Source of the DNA: Daphnia carinata | Taxonomy: Eukaryota | Reading direction: 5' to 3' | DNA length: 64,000 bases | Assembly: GCF_022539665.2 (NCBI RefSeq) | Contig: NC_081333.1 | Span: 12,834,001-12,898,000, forward strand | Part shown: one piece after another, positions 28,301 through 38,344 of the stretch | Layout: every line of letters begins with the position of its first letter | Numbering within the stretch: the stretch's first letter is position 1 | Program-made: the position numbers and the translations under genes | Notes under the pieces: model-generated | Databases searched by the model: none | The model's input: the letters and a program-made list of their open reading frames with translations, nothing else | What the model was told of the DNA's origin: nothing

Positions 28301-28630
28301 TGCTAGCCCAATGAGCCAATCTAAAATTTCAGGCCTTGTTCCTTTTGGGAACGGGCAATCAAGATCAGTCATATATTGCTCAAAAGCTTGGTTCCACTGT
28401 ATAGCAGTTGTGTTTCTAAGTAGTTCTCTGTCTTCAATCTTATAGTGGTGGATTTTTTGATCTTCCAGCCACACGAACACACGATTGTGCTTCGAAATTT
28501 CTTTTCATATAGAAATTATGATCTGTTTACTGTGGAAAAGAAAATAAACAATTTTAAAGAACAAATACCGGCTGTGTTTAAAGTATCCGGATTAGGGAAG
28601 CCAAGAGCTTTGCAATTTACGCTTGAACAT
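28301..28630 (-). pseudogene. RTRAF: 5' fragment of RNA transcription, translation and transport factor (C14orf166/CGI-99, tRNA ligase complex subunit)
   Basis: MFKRKLQ/ALGFPNPDTLNTA, intron, then EKKFRSTIV/WLEDQKIHHYKIEDRELLRN...DLDCPF...ILDWLIGLA matches the RTRAF N-terminus. Frameshifts occur after codon 7 and at a tcgtgtg duplication (about 28470-28486); the gene is truncated at the APN junction. Confidence 0.85.
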
Positions 28631-29566
28631 TTTGAACAGATCTGAGTTGAAAAATTTGGAGGCCTAGAATGTTTAAAAAGAAGTTCACAGTATTTCATCC
28701 AGTTGTTTTTTAGTTATTCGAAATAAGAAATATATTGATATTGCAACAATTGAATAAGTCGGGTTGCTGGGTTTCAAGTTTATTTTAAAATCGGCACCAA
28801 CATTACAACAAAATCTGCACAACTAGTACTTGTGACGGCTACAGGGGGACTCTCTACGGGCAGCTCAGGCGCGGGTTTTTTATACCACGCTTTAGCTTGG
28901 GGACGCCAAAGTTAGCGAAGGGACGCTAAAGTTCGCGTGGGGTCAAAGAACAGAAACAGGATGTTACGCGAGAAGCGGGGTCAACTGATTTATGTCCTGT
29001 CGTTGACACCCTGTTGTGCGTAAAAATGGTAATAAAAAAAACGAGACAAGAGATAAGAGAGTCAGTGGGGGGCGGAGGGGGAAAAATCAACATATGCAAT
29101 ACATCACATAGTCTAGTTTATCGTGAGTCCTTACAATATGATATGATAAAAACGAAATGGGTGACTGAAAAAAGCTGGCTTTCAACATGTTCTGTCACGG
29201 TTATGTATGTTAAATATTGAGTAGGATTTGATAAAATAAATACATTGCAATGTATTATGTAATGTGCTTATCATTTTCTCCTTGCATTCGCCGTGATCTG
29301 ATTTTTAATCAAATAATTTTTTTCAAAGACATTTCAGTTATAAAACATATTCAAACAGGTTTGAACAACATTTCTAAAAATTGGAATGTTAATATTCCCT
29401 ATTACTTTTGCAGTAAAAAATAACATATAATGACATAGAATAGATTTTATGTCGAAAACCCACTTCGCAGTGGACTAGATGCACCCTCTTGTAATAAATA
29501 AGCTGAAGCCATAATTAAAATTATGTTTCTAATTTGCCTATCAGTGTTCTATTACAAGAATCCGAG

Positions 29567-30598
29567 ATGGGCAAAGCGAAAACTAACAGTGAAGCCTCTA
29601 CGTCTTCAAGAGTAGTACGAACCGTAGTAACAGAACAACAACTTAAGGACGCACCGATAGTCCAACGCCTAGCTGAGCAGTTGATTTTACCTGAATCGGA
29701 ACCGGAATCGGAATCTGACGTAAGTACAGAAGAAGTAAATGCGGACGTTATTTATATAGCAGAAGCATTATTCTTCTGCCTTACATATTTTGTTACCCCT
29801 GCGGTGCGGACGTTCTTGCGCAGAAAGGAACTTATTTCAAGTGCAGCAATTAATTGCGACTTCGCTGTTATAATGGAAATATTAAGTTCCAATAACGACA
29901 TCGATGGCACTTTTCTCATCGACCCCCTCTCCTACTTGGAGCTTCGCAGCGCAGTCATTGCTAGAAATGGGGTTTGCCATCTCAACCTAGCTGAAGTGAA
30001 CAAAAACTGGTCAGAGAACTTTTCCATTTGGATAAAACTTTGTAAAGGTGTCGGTGACGAAGATAGTGCCACTAATGTGGAGACTGTTCACAACTGCCTC
30101 ATGGAGGGTCTATATCAGTATGCCGTGCCAGATAAACCAATTTTCTGCACGACGGTCACTCATGATGAAAATGCCGCGTTTGGCCTTAGCTTTCTCTTAT
30201 ATAGCTGCCTCCTAAGACATGTGGCTCCGTCTCTAAGGAACTTCTTGATACAAGAAAAACAACTACCTTCATCAACGCCTTTGGATGCCTTCAAAAACTT
30301 GAAATATATCATAGAGCAGCAAAAAACGGACGCAAATTACCTTGCAGACGGTGCTTACCAAAGGGGTGATGCGGTAATGCTGAAGGCTGCTTTTACCGGT
30401 AGGAACGCGACGTGTCACGGTAAATTTTCACAAGTTTTGGGGCTTTGGGAAAAGTTCCTACAATCGTGGGTAAATCTACTAATAACTGTTAACGCAAAGG
30501 AAGCTGCAGGAGAGGTTAAGAATGTTCTCAATGCTATCGTTATCTCTGAGAGATACGCAATGAAGATACTGCCATCAGTGATTCTTTTCCAAATCTAA
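29567..30598 (+). CDS. Intact intronless 343-aa protein with two tandem HEPN-like (Swt1-type) domains; putative RNase
   Basis: Long uninterrupted ORF in AT-rich surroundings. Internal duplication with RNGVCH (29963-29980) and RNATCH (30401-30418) Rx4H motifs. Acidic low-complexity N-terminal segment; TATAAAA at about 29340. Confidence 0.7.
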   Translation: MGKAKTNSEASTSSRVVRTVVTEQQLKDAPIVQRLAEQLILPESEPESESDVSTEEVNADVIYIAEALFFCLTYFVTPAVRTFLRRKELISSAAINCDFAVIMEILSSNNDIDGTFLIDPLSYLELRSAVIARNGVCHLNLAEVNKNWSENFSIWIKLCKGVGDEDSATNVETVHNCLMEGLYQYAVPDKPIFCTTVTHDENAAFGLSFLLYSCLLRHVAPSLRNFLIQEKQLPSSTPLDAFKNLKYIIEQQKTDANYLADGAYQRGDAVMLKAAFTGRNATCHGKFSQVLGLWEKFLQSWVNLLITVNAKEAAGEVKNVLNAIVISERYAMKILPSVILFQI

Positions 30599-30944
30599 AA
30601 TTGTATTTTTTATTTCGGTACACGGTTCGACGTAGCTCGCTGCGACGCGACAATGTTACCTGCTAATCGTTTCTACAAACTATGCAACAATTACTGGTGT
30701 CTATTTACCGAACTCAAATAACCGAATATCGAAGATTGCGAACGAGTAAGTTGAACCTAAATAATCATTTTCCCAACCTAGGGTGAATTTTTTTTTTAGG
30801 TTAACTTGCTCGACGCAGTCGACGTCGGTGCGACAATGTACTACAAAACATCTCGAACGTTATGCAGGTAAGGTTTTGTACAAAATTTTGTAAGAAATCA
30901 AAATTCAATGTCGAATAAAAAGGTTCTGTCCTTAAACATACGCT

Positions 30945-32209
30945 TGTGTATTATTTTCACACCGCAACAACCAATAACGACTTTATATCCAGACATATTA
31001 TTTATACCTAAAACACGCAATCATTCTCATTGCTATTAGAATTACATTCATCATAATTGCTGCAGCCCAAATGGAAAGTTAATAGTAATAATAATTAAGT
31101 TAAGCAAGTAGAATATAACAAAACAATTACTGTATAGTTATATGTTACAAAAATAAAGTAATTAATTTTAAAAAATTACATATTTATATTGCTGGAATAT
31201 GTAAAGTTGTATTTAGAGACTATTAGAATCTGACAGGTAGATGGCGGTAGGTGTAAAAAAGAATTTTTTTTTTTAACCGCAAGTTTTACGTAAAAATCAA
31301 GTCGATATTCGTGATTCCCGTTTAACTTTGAATCAAAATATTGTATTTCTAATCATATCTAGATTTTGGCGAAAAATGAAAAAGTGGGAAGGCTATCGCG
31401 CCCCCCCCCTGAATATTTCTAGTGCATCGCGCTAGCGCCCGTTTAATTTTGAATCGAAATATTGTATTTTTTAACTATCTAAAATTTGGCGAAAAATGAA
31501 AAAATGGGAAGGCTATCGCGCCCCCCCCCTGAATATTTCTGGTGCATCGCGCTAGCGCTGTACCGTACTGGCGCGCTAACAGTGCTCTAAATATTCGATG
31601 TATTTCAAAAACCATTAAATTAATTTAAAAATTAGCAATTTCCCGGGAATAAACATTCAATTATGGGTATCTCCTGTGATATTCAACCAATTCCGACGGC
31701 TGTCAGTTTTTTCCGAAAAAAATATTAAGCCCGAATAAATAAACCCGAATAAATAAACCCGAGCGCCAGTACACTACAGCGTTAGCGCAATGTAGCAGAA
31801 ATACTCGGTGAGTATATTTAGAGAATTAACTAGAATCCTGACCGGTAGACGGCTTATTTCGTTGTGCTTAAAATTTTTATCGAACCTACTTTTAAACGCC
31901 GTCGCGTACTGGCGCGCCAAGCAGTATTAAGTTTTTCTTGTTTCCTTCAAAAATCGCTGATCTCATGAAAAATACACTGTAAATCTTCGTGATTCTCATT
32001 GGTTTAGAATGTAAAGCACATTTACTCATCGATAATCAAACATTTTTGAAAATTACAAAATTGATGGAAAAGTCGGGCTTATAAATTTTGTCGGGCTTAT
32101 TTTTACCCAGCGAATATTTCTGACTTAATAAATCTGACCGGTAGATGGCGAAAGCAGTAAAACAGAAAAAACATTTTTGTCTGTTTTTATTTGGGTAAAA
32201 CGAATTGCC
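30945..32209 (+). mobile_element. Right-hand portion and terminus of an upstream copy of the GGCAATCC TIR family, interrupted by nested repeats
   Basis: 30945-31260 is a diverged direct copy of the subterminal region 38062-38450. It ends in aatctgaccggtagatggcg...gggtaaaacgaattgcc (32131-32209), like the 38417-38550 terminus. No matching left TIR was found in the window. Confidence 0.65.
31318..31557. repeat. 120-bp tandem duplication (2 copies), followed by an inverted repeat 31529-31574 / 31763-31808
   Basis: ccgtttaa(c/t)tttgaatc...ggctatcgcgccccccccctgaatatttct...gctagcgc is repeated at an offset of 120 bp. Confidence 0.88.
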
Positions 32210-32439
32210 ATAAATCTATGGCAATCCGTTTTATATGGCAATCCGTTTTACATAAAAAAAAAAAAAAAAAGGCGGGAAAAAAAAAATCGTACTTTTTTCT
32301 TTTTTTTCTACCCGTAGCCATCTATCAGTCGGTTTCGTTATTACAGGCATGTAAGCAATTTCAGTTAATTGTATCCCATTAGCAGTTAATTGAGTAGCGT
32401 GGCTGGAGAACAACGCTTGGCTGGAGGAACAATTGAAAA

Positions 32440-33610
32440 ATGGATAAGATAATAAAACAAAAAAATGGTAAGTATAAACATTATTATATTGGTTTTCAAT
32501 GATTAATTATTGTTTATTAGATCAAATTATGAAGCTGCAGGCCCAGTTATTGGAACAACACAAAATATTAGATAACAAAGCTAAGGATCGTAGGCCTAAC
32601 ACGTAATGATTCTATTTATTTGCTTTTATTCATTCGTGTTTTGTAGCTCAAATTTTGAGTCTTCAAGCTCAGCTAGGGGAAAAGAACAAATTGGAACGGA
32701 ACAGTTTCCAAACAGTGAAGGAGGTTTTTCAAAACTCATCTCTAACTGAACGTAAGGATGAGTTGGCATTAGGCGAACACAGCCAGGTACCTAAAGTTTT
32801 CAAATAAGAATTCAAAATAAGTATAGAATTTTAAAAAACAATTATTTATTGCTTAGTTATTCAGTCCACCACCTGACAGTGTGTTAAATTTAAATTCTGT
32901 TAGTGCTGCACTAAAAGAATCGTTAGTAATAAGCTCATGCAGTGAAGGAATTGAACAATTGTGGGAACGTATTTGGGCCGAAAATGGGTGTGGTACAGAA
33001 ACCCAGAAATGGCACAAGTTCAACATGAAACATGGATTAGGTACTTTTCGGTTTTTTGTCTATTGAAAAAGTATTTTTAATGCTATTATTTTGCATTCAC
33101 AGAATTATAGTGGGGGATCAAATCAAGTCTGGAAGTGTTACAGGATGGAAGAGTGAGCCTACAGATGAAAAAACACTGAGAGTGCATTACCGTAAGGTGT
33201 GAGGTAAATTAATAGAGTAATGCAAATTGCCTAATGAGAAGTACCATCTTGTGTTAATGAATCCAGTACAACAGCAATCCTTTATAGTTCTGTCACAGCT
33301 AGAAGCCTCAAATAATTCTGCTTCTCTGTCTAAAGAACAACTTGTCCTTTACGTTCAGAGTGTTGGGGAAACTGGGTACTTAAATGGCCCTAAAGATGTT
33401 TTAATTTTGCTGCTATTGCAGAGATGAACATCATACATGGACTCTTTAGGTATGAAAGGATTTTTCTTCAAATAATTTTGAATTTATGACGAAGAATTTC
33501 TCCTCCTTTTGCCAACCAGGTCTTATCTACCAAAAAAAATTTTATCCAATAGGAAAGGATTTTCATGTACTGGGAACACAACTATCAACAATGCAACATT
33601 CTACAGGTGC
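32440..33610 (+). pseudogene. Spliced gene or gene fragment of unknown function inside the TIR element (coiled-coil-like N-terminal exons; 3' exons appear degenerate)
   Basis: Series of short GT-AG introns (32469-32520, about 32590-32646, 32787-32856, 33041-33102) joins MDKIIKQKN-DQIMKLQAQLLEQHKILDNKAKD-...QILSLQAQLGEKNKLE...LWERIWAENG. No recognisable family; intactness is uncertain. Confidence 0.45.
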
Positions 33611-34572
33611 TAGTTTATCATTCAAGAGCCTTATACAATGAAGTTAATCTGCAATTTGTATGTCCTTTCCCAAGCTTCCACCAGAAGTTGAATCTATGAG
33701 TCATGTAAGTTCCATGATCAACAATTGATGTGTTTAACGGTGTTGTTTTCTTTTCTCAATATAGGTTAATAGTAACATTGGATCTGAAAAGATTCTTGGT
33801 TGGGGCAAGACACTGAATAAATTGTATTGATTGGATGGATGACATGACATTGCTATACTTAATTCGGATTCCCCAGACGGTATTTGATATTTAAAAAATT
33901 GAAGTGCATATCTGGGCTCCCTTCTTTTCTGAAGCCCCGTTTCCCCTTGACACGTAAATAAGCCCGTAGGGGGTCATGCCCCTACTGTACGGTATATATA
34001 AAAACAACATATACCGAGGTTTGGAGGGCTCTGGCCGGAAAGGGGACGTGGGGTGCCGCTTCGTCCGATGATGTGTTCACGGAGGGTGACGTGGCTGCCC
34101 ACAAATCCGAACTAAAGGTTAATCGCTCCTGTAAAAATGTTCCAAATCTTCAGCTCTTCTTCCGGCTTCTCTTAGCCAATCACCGGGTAATCTCCCCGGT
34201 GGGTCAACAAGGCAGTGTCTCCCCCTGCCTGGGTTGACGGCAACTTTTGAAAGGGCTATTGTGCCTTTTTAAAGTTGCAAAAATAATTGTAATGTGCAGA
34301 GAATTGTCAATAAATTTTTTTTATAAAATGTTTTTTGCAAAATTTTTTTCTTTCATTGTCTGTGTTCGCTTTGTTCACACATTACATTTATCAACTTTTT
34401 TTTTATTTATCTTGCTCAATTCATTTTTATGGTTTTTGCCACCGTTGTATCGCTTATCTGTTAGTATTCAATTAGTATTTATTACACTTCTTGAATTCTT
34501 GAACTTAGACAAGGAACAACGTGTGATACCTGGATATTTTCTGAAGTAATTTTATACTTGTACATTGTTTTA

Positions 34573-34640
34573 CTGGTATGGGAATCGATCCCCAGACATT
34601 CAGCGTGCAACGCCGATGCTCTAACATTGAGCCACGAGAT
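34573..34640 (-). ncRNA. Degenerate tRNA-like element (tRNA pseudogene or SINE head; Ala-TGC-like loop)
   Basis: The minus strand reads GTGGCTCAATGTTAGAGCA-TCGGC GTTGCAC GCTGA-ATGTC-TGGGGATCGATTCCCA: A-box, anticodon arm and B-box-like T arm, with a poor acceptor stem. Confidence 0.6.
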
Positions 34641-34745
34641 ATATATATATCATATTATATCTATTATCGCAAATCATATGTTATAGTCTAGGATGTTTAT
34701 GTAGTCTTTCACAAGTATATATTTATCTTTGTATAGCTTTCATAA

Positions 34746-34816
34746 GGTTCATAGCTCTGTGGTAGAGCATTCAGCTGCGGTAACTGTTACCCTGGGTTCA
34801 AACCTTAGTAGATGCA
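34746..34816 (+). ncRNA. Degenerate tRNA-like element at the palindrome centre
   Basis: TAGCTCTGTGGTAGAGCA (A-box) ... CTGGGTTCAAACCT (B-box) at tRNA spacing. Confidence 0.55.
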
Positions 34817-34897
34817 TAAAGATCTACGTTTCAATTTTATTCAAAGTGTAAATGCAAGTCCGCAAGTGACTAGAAAAAAGCTAACCTGACATCATAT

Positions 34898-34962
34898 GAT
34901 TCATGGCTCATTGGTATAGCATCGGCGCGGTATGCCGAACATCCTGGGTTCGATCCCTGGAT
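34898..34962 (+). ncRNA. Degenerate tRNA-like element, the inverted counterpart of 34573-34640
   Basis: TGGCTCATTGGTATAGCA-TCGGC GCGGTAT GCCGA-ACATC-CTGGGTTCGATCCCTGG: A-box, 5-bp anticodon stem and canonical B-box. Confidence 0.6.
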
Positions 34963-35819
34963 AATAATTGAATGCTTACAAATAAACGATAAACCAATGG
35001 AAACAATGCTTACCATCAAAGGTGGCATAAACAATAAAGGTGAATTGAGCAAGCTAAATAAAAAAAAAGTTGATAAATGTAATGTGTGAACACAGACAAT
35101 GACAGAAGAAAATTTTGCAAAGATAAAAAAAAATTTTATTGACAATTCTTTGCACATTACAATTATTTTTGCAACTTTAAAAAGGCACAATAGCCCTTTC
35201 AAAAGTTGCCGTCAACCCAGGCAGGGGGAGACACTGCCTTGTTGACCCACCGGGGAGATTACCCGGTGATTGGCTAAGAGAAGCCGGAAGAAGAGCTGAA
35301 GATTTGGAACATTTTTACAGGAGCGATTAACCTTTAGTTCGGATTTGTGGGCAGCCACGTCACCCTCCGTGAACACATCATCGGACGAAGCGGCACCCCA
35401 CGTCCCCTTTCCGGCCAGAGCCCTCCAAACCTCGGTATATGTTGTTTTTATATATACCGTACAGTAGGGGCATGACCCCCTACGGGCTTATTATGAGTCA
35501 AGGGGAAACGGGGCTACGGAAAGGAAGGGAGCCCAGATATGCACTGCAAATTATGAAAAATTTAATACCGTTTTTAATTGGGAATCTGAATGAAGTATGG
35601 AAATTCCATGTAGTGTATCCAAACATAATAATTTATTCAGGACCTTGCCCCAAACAAGAAACCTTTTCAGATCAAAATTTATTGTTCATCTATAATAAGA
35701 CAATAAAACACCATTAGGCATAAAAACTCTTAATTCATATATATAGTTCATACCTTACATGATTCGTGAGTTGATTGCGAGCATATTCTTCTGTCAGAAG
35801 CTTCAGTAGAGACATTTAC

Positions 35820-37700
35820 GATTTTCGTTTACGCTCACCATGGATGTTGGTAGACTAGACATTTAAAGTTAAGACACTTTGCCCAATTCCAACAGTTTTG
35901 ATTCTTACTTGTAAGTTGTTATTGCACGAGAATGCAGCGACGAAATCCGCGGTCTTTTTGCTGTTGACAAAAAGGGTAGTCTTGGCACCACCGAGATCTT
36001 GTAAAACTTCGATCAGCTTAGCTCTCTTATCGCTTTTCGAGCACTGAAAAAATAGCTGTTCAACACCCGGATTGGTGCCATCGACAATGTCTGTTATGAC
36101 GAATATGTAGTCTTCCATGTACGTCGCAGCCAGCTCTTGCACTTCATCTGGGAATGTAGCCGAAAACATACAAACACGACGGATTCCCTACAGAGAAACA
36201 AATAATATTACATCAATCAAATCTCATACTCAAAAGCCATCGAGGACATACTTTCGGATGCATCGTTGGATGATTGAAAATTTTTTCAACATTGGGACCG
36301 AAACCCATATCAAGCATTCGATCAGCTTCATCCAAAATTTAAAACCTGACTCCCGAGAAGTCAAATACTTCACGGTCGAGAAAATCATTGAATCGCCCCA
36401 CGGTTGCGACAAAAATATTGCACCCAGCTTGAAGATTTGACCGCTGATGGCTCGTGAGAGTTCCTCCATATATAATCACAGACTTTAAAACCGAACTGTA
36501 GGAGAATTTATACGCCTCGCGGTGAATTTGAATGGCCAATTCACGAGTGGGTGCGACAATTACAACTTCTGGCTTTTGCCCCATGGCATGAGACGCACCA
36601 ACAACACCTTGTTCTAACAATATGTTCATAACCGGTACCAAGTACGCCGCCTGCATGAAAAAATGTAAAATTTTAGATGATTTAATCAACGAATATCACG
36701 AAGGGTTTGTTGAGTATCTTACATGCAATTGGACCTTTTAGTAGTCGCAATCACCGGCATGCCCACTAAAAATTACTTTTACTTCAACTTACCCAGTTCA
36801 TACCGACCCATTCGAATCAAGTCAGTACGAGGGCATCAAGGTTTCAAAATTACACAGTGTTAATTAGTTGGATTACCGTTTTCCGGAGCCCATGACCGCA
36901 CAAGCAATTAAACCTCTTTTGGCAAGAATAACTACAACTGAAGCTTTCTGAACAGGTGTTGGTTTTATGTAGCCAGAATTCTTAATGTTTTGAAGTAGTA
37001 GTTGATGCAGGCCGGCTTCTTCGAATGATGTTATGTATTGAAGTACATCTTTTCCTGTAGCCTAAAGCAAGCACAATAGATATTTAAAAAAAAAATACAG
37101 TTTCGAGAAATGGCGTACATGGAGGACGACTTTATCAAAATTGTTAAAGCTTTCCCTAAGACAATGCCCTTAAACAGTTCCTATTCACCGCATGTCACAG
37201 CTTCTGGAATGTATTGCTCATGTGGCTTTCCATCTTCTGTCAATTCACTGAAGAGATTCGGGCAGCCTATCGAGCTGTGGTCAGCTTCATTACACTAGGA
37301 GTAAAACAATGAACACTGGAACATAAATAGTTTTGTGAAGATGTAATTGGTGTTTACATCATAACAGTTGCTGCCACCAATGCTTCCTCCTTGAGGAAAA
37401 TCCCTTGCTATATTGCCCTCTTCTTCGTTAAAAATGAGCACTAAAAATGATGTTTTTTTTGTTTTTTGTTTATCTCATGGCAGGTACGACTTTCACCACC
37501 GCCGCGACCCTCTTGCGGACAATCCTTCGAGACATGTCCCCCTTTCCCATACTATAAAAAGCACCAAGAAGTTAAGTTCGAACACATGTTTCGATATTTT
37601 CATCTTACTTTGTGACGTCAACGGACCACTACCGCCGCCTCCACCATCTTGTGGACACTTTGGCAAAATGTCTTTCACACTGTTAAACAAAACCATAGTT
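35820..37700 (-). pseudogene. vas: vasa/DDX4-like DEAD-box RNA helicase pseudogene (intron-containing, 3'-truncated)
   Basis: Decayed CCHC knuckles and Gly-rich N-terminus (...PKCPQDGGGGG, GGHVSKDCP). Q-motif SGYIKPTPVQK, GSGK, VAPTRELAIQI, IYGG, VATVGRFNDF, VRF*ILDEADRMLDMGF (in-frame TAA at 36339-36341), MFSATFPDEVQ, TTNIHG, then truncation. Knuckles plus this core favour vasa over PL10/belle. Confidence 0.85.
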
Positions 37701-38344
37701 TAAAGTAATCACACTAGGAATACAAGAAAACACTTACCTAGTGACCTTGGACAGAAAAAATGTAGAACAGAATGAAACAAATAAGATTATATAGAGAGGT
37801 CAAGAAGTAAAATCTAGCGAGGACGGTCTATCTAGCGAGTAAAGGTAGACAGCAGACTACACGCGTTAAGCCAATCTAAAAATATGCCTGAAAAAAAACT
37901 GTCCGATGAGCCACGGTTTAAGGCGCCTCTTGTGGACGCAAAAGTCATTACGAGAAATTTTATCCGCCACAAACTAAATGTTTTTAAACATTTAAAGTAC
38001 TTATCCAAATGAAAATTTAACTTAAGAAAATTTATATGTTTGAGTAATATAAAGACGTTATTGTGTATTATTTTCACATCGCAACAACCAATAATGACTT
38101 TATATTACTCAAACATATTATTTATACCTAAAACAAGCAATTATTCTCATTGCTATTAGAATTACATTCATTATAATTGCTGCAGCACAAAATGGAAAGT
38201 TAATAGTTAATAGTAATAATAATGAAGTTAAGTAAGTAGAATATAACAAAATAATTATTGTATAGTTATATTTTAATGAAATAAAGTTATTAATTAAAAT
38301 AAATAATAATTCAGATTCAATTCAGAAATAATAATAATTCAGAA

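Larger units (their letters stand above)
33778..35675. repeat. About 1.9-kb inverted duplication with a 342-bp identical core (33957-34298 / 35151-35492) and diverged outer and inner flanks
   Basis: Direct comparison by eye: the core arms are exact reverse complements. The flanks (33778-33956 / 35493-35675 and 34299-34640 / 34898-35150) align with many substitutions and indels. Confidence 0.95.

Noticed and set aside
31318..31557. Repeat arrays considered as CRISPR-like
   Set aside because: No repeat-spacer structure, eukaryotic context, no cas genes; this is a simple tandem duplication.
34247..35202. Two similar hydrophobic ORFs (MKGLLCLFKVAKII...) on opposite strands
   Set aside because: TTG starts in T-rich inverted-repeat flanks; the similarity is explained by the palindrome, and they diverge by indels.
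35325..35340. Possible telomerase RNA template (TAACCT) in the palindrome core
   Set aside because: Only 6 nt match a CCTAA repeat, which is expected by chance; no supporting pseudoknot or TR motifs were recognised.
35205..35400. Possible HDV-like or hammerhead ribozyme (GGCTAA, GGACGAAG)
   Set aside because: The required P1/P3/L3 or CTGATGA...GAAA core elements were not found in the correct order.
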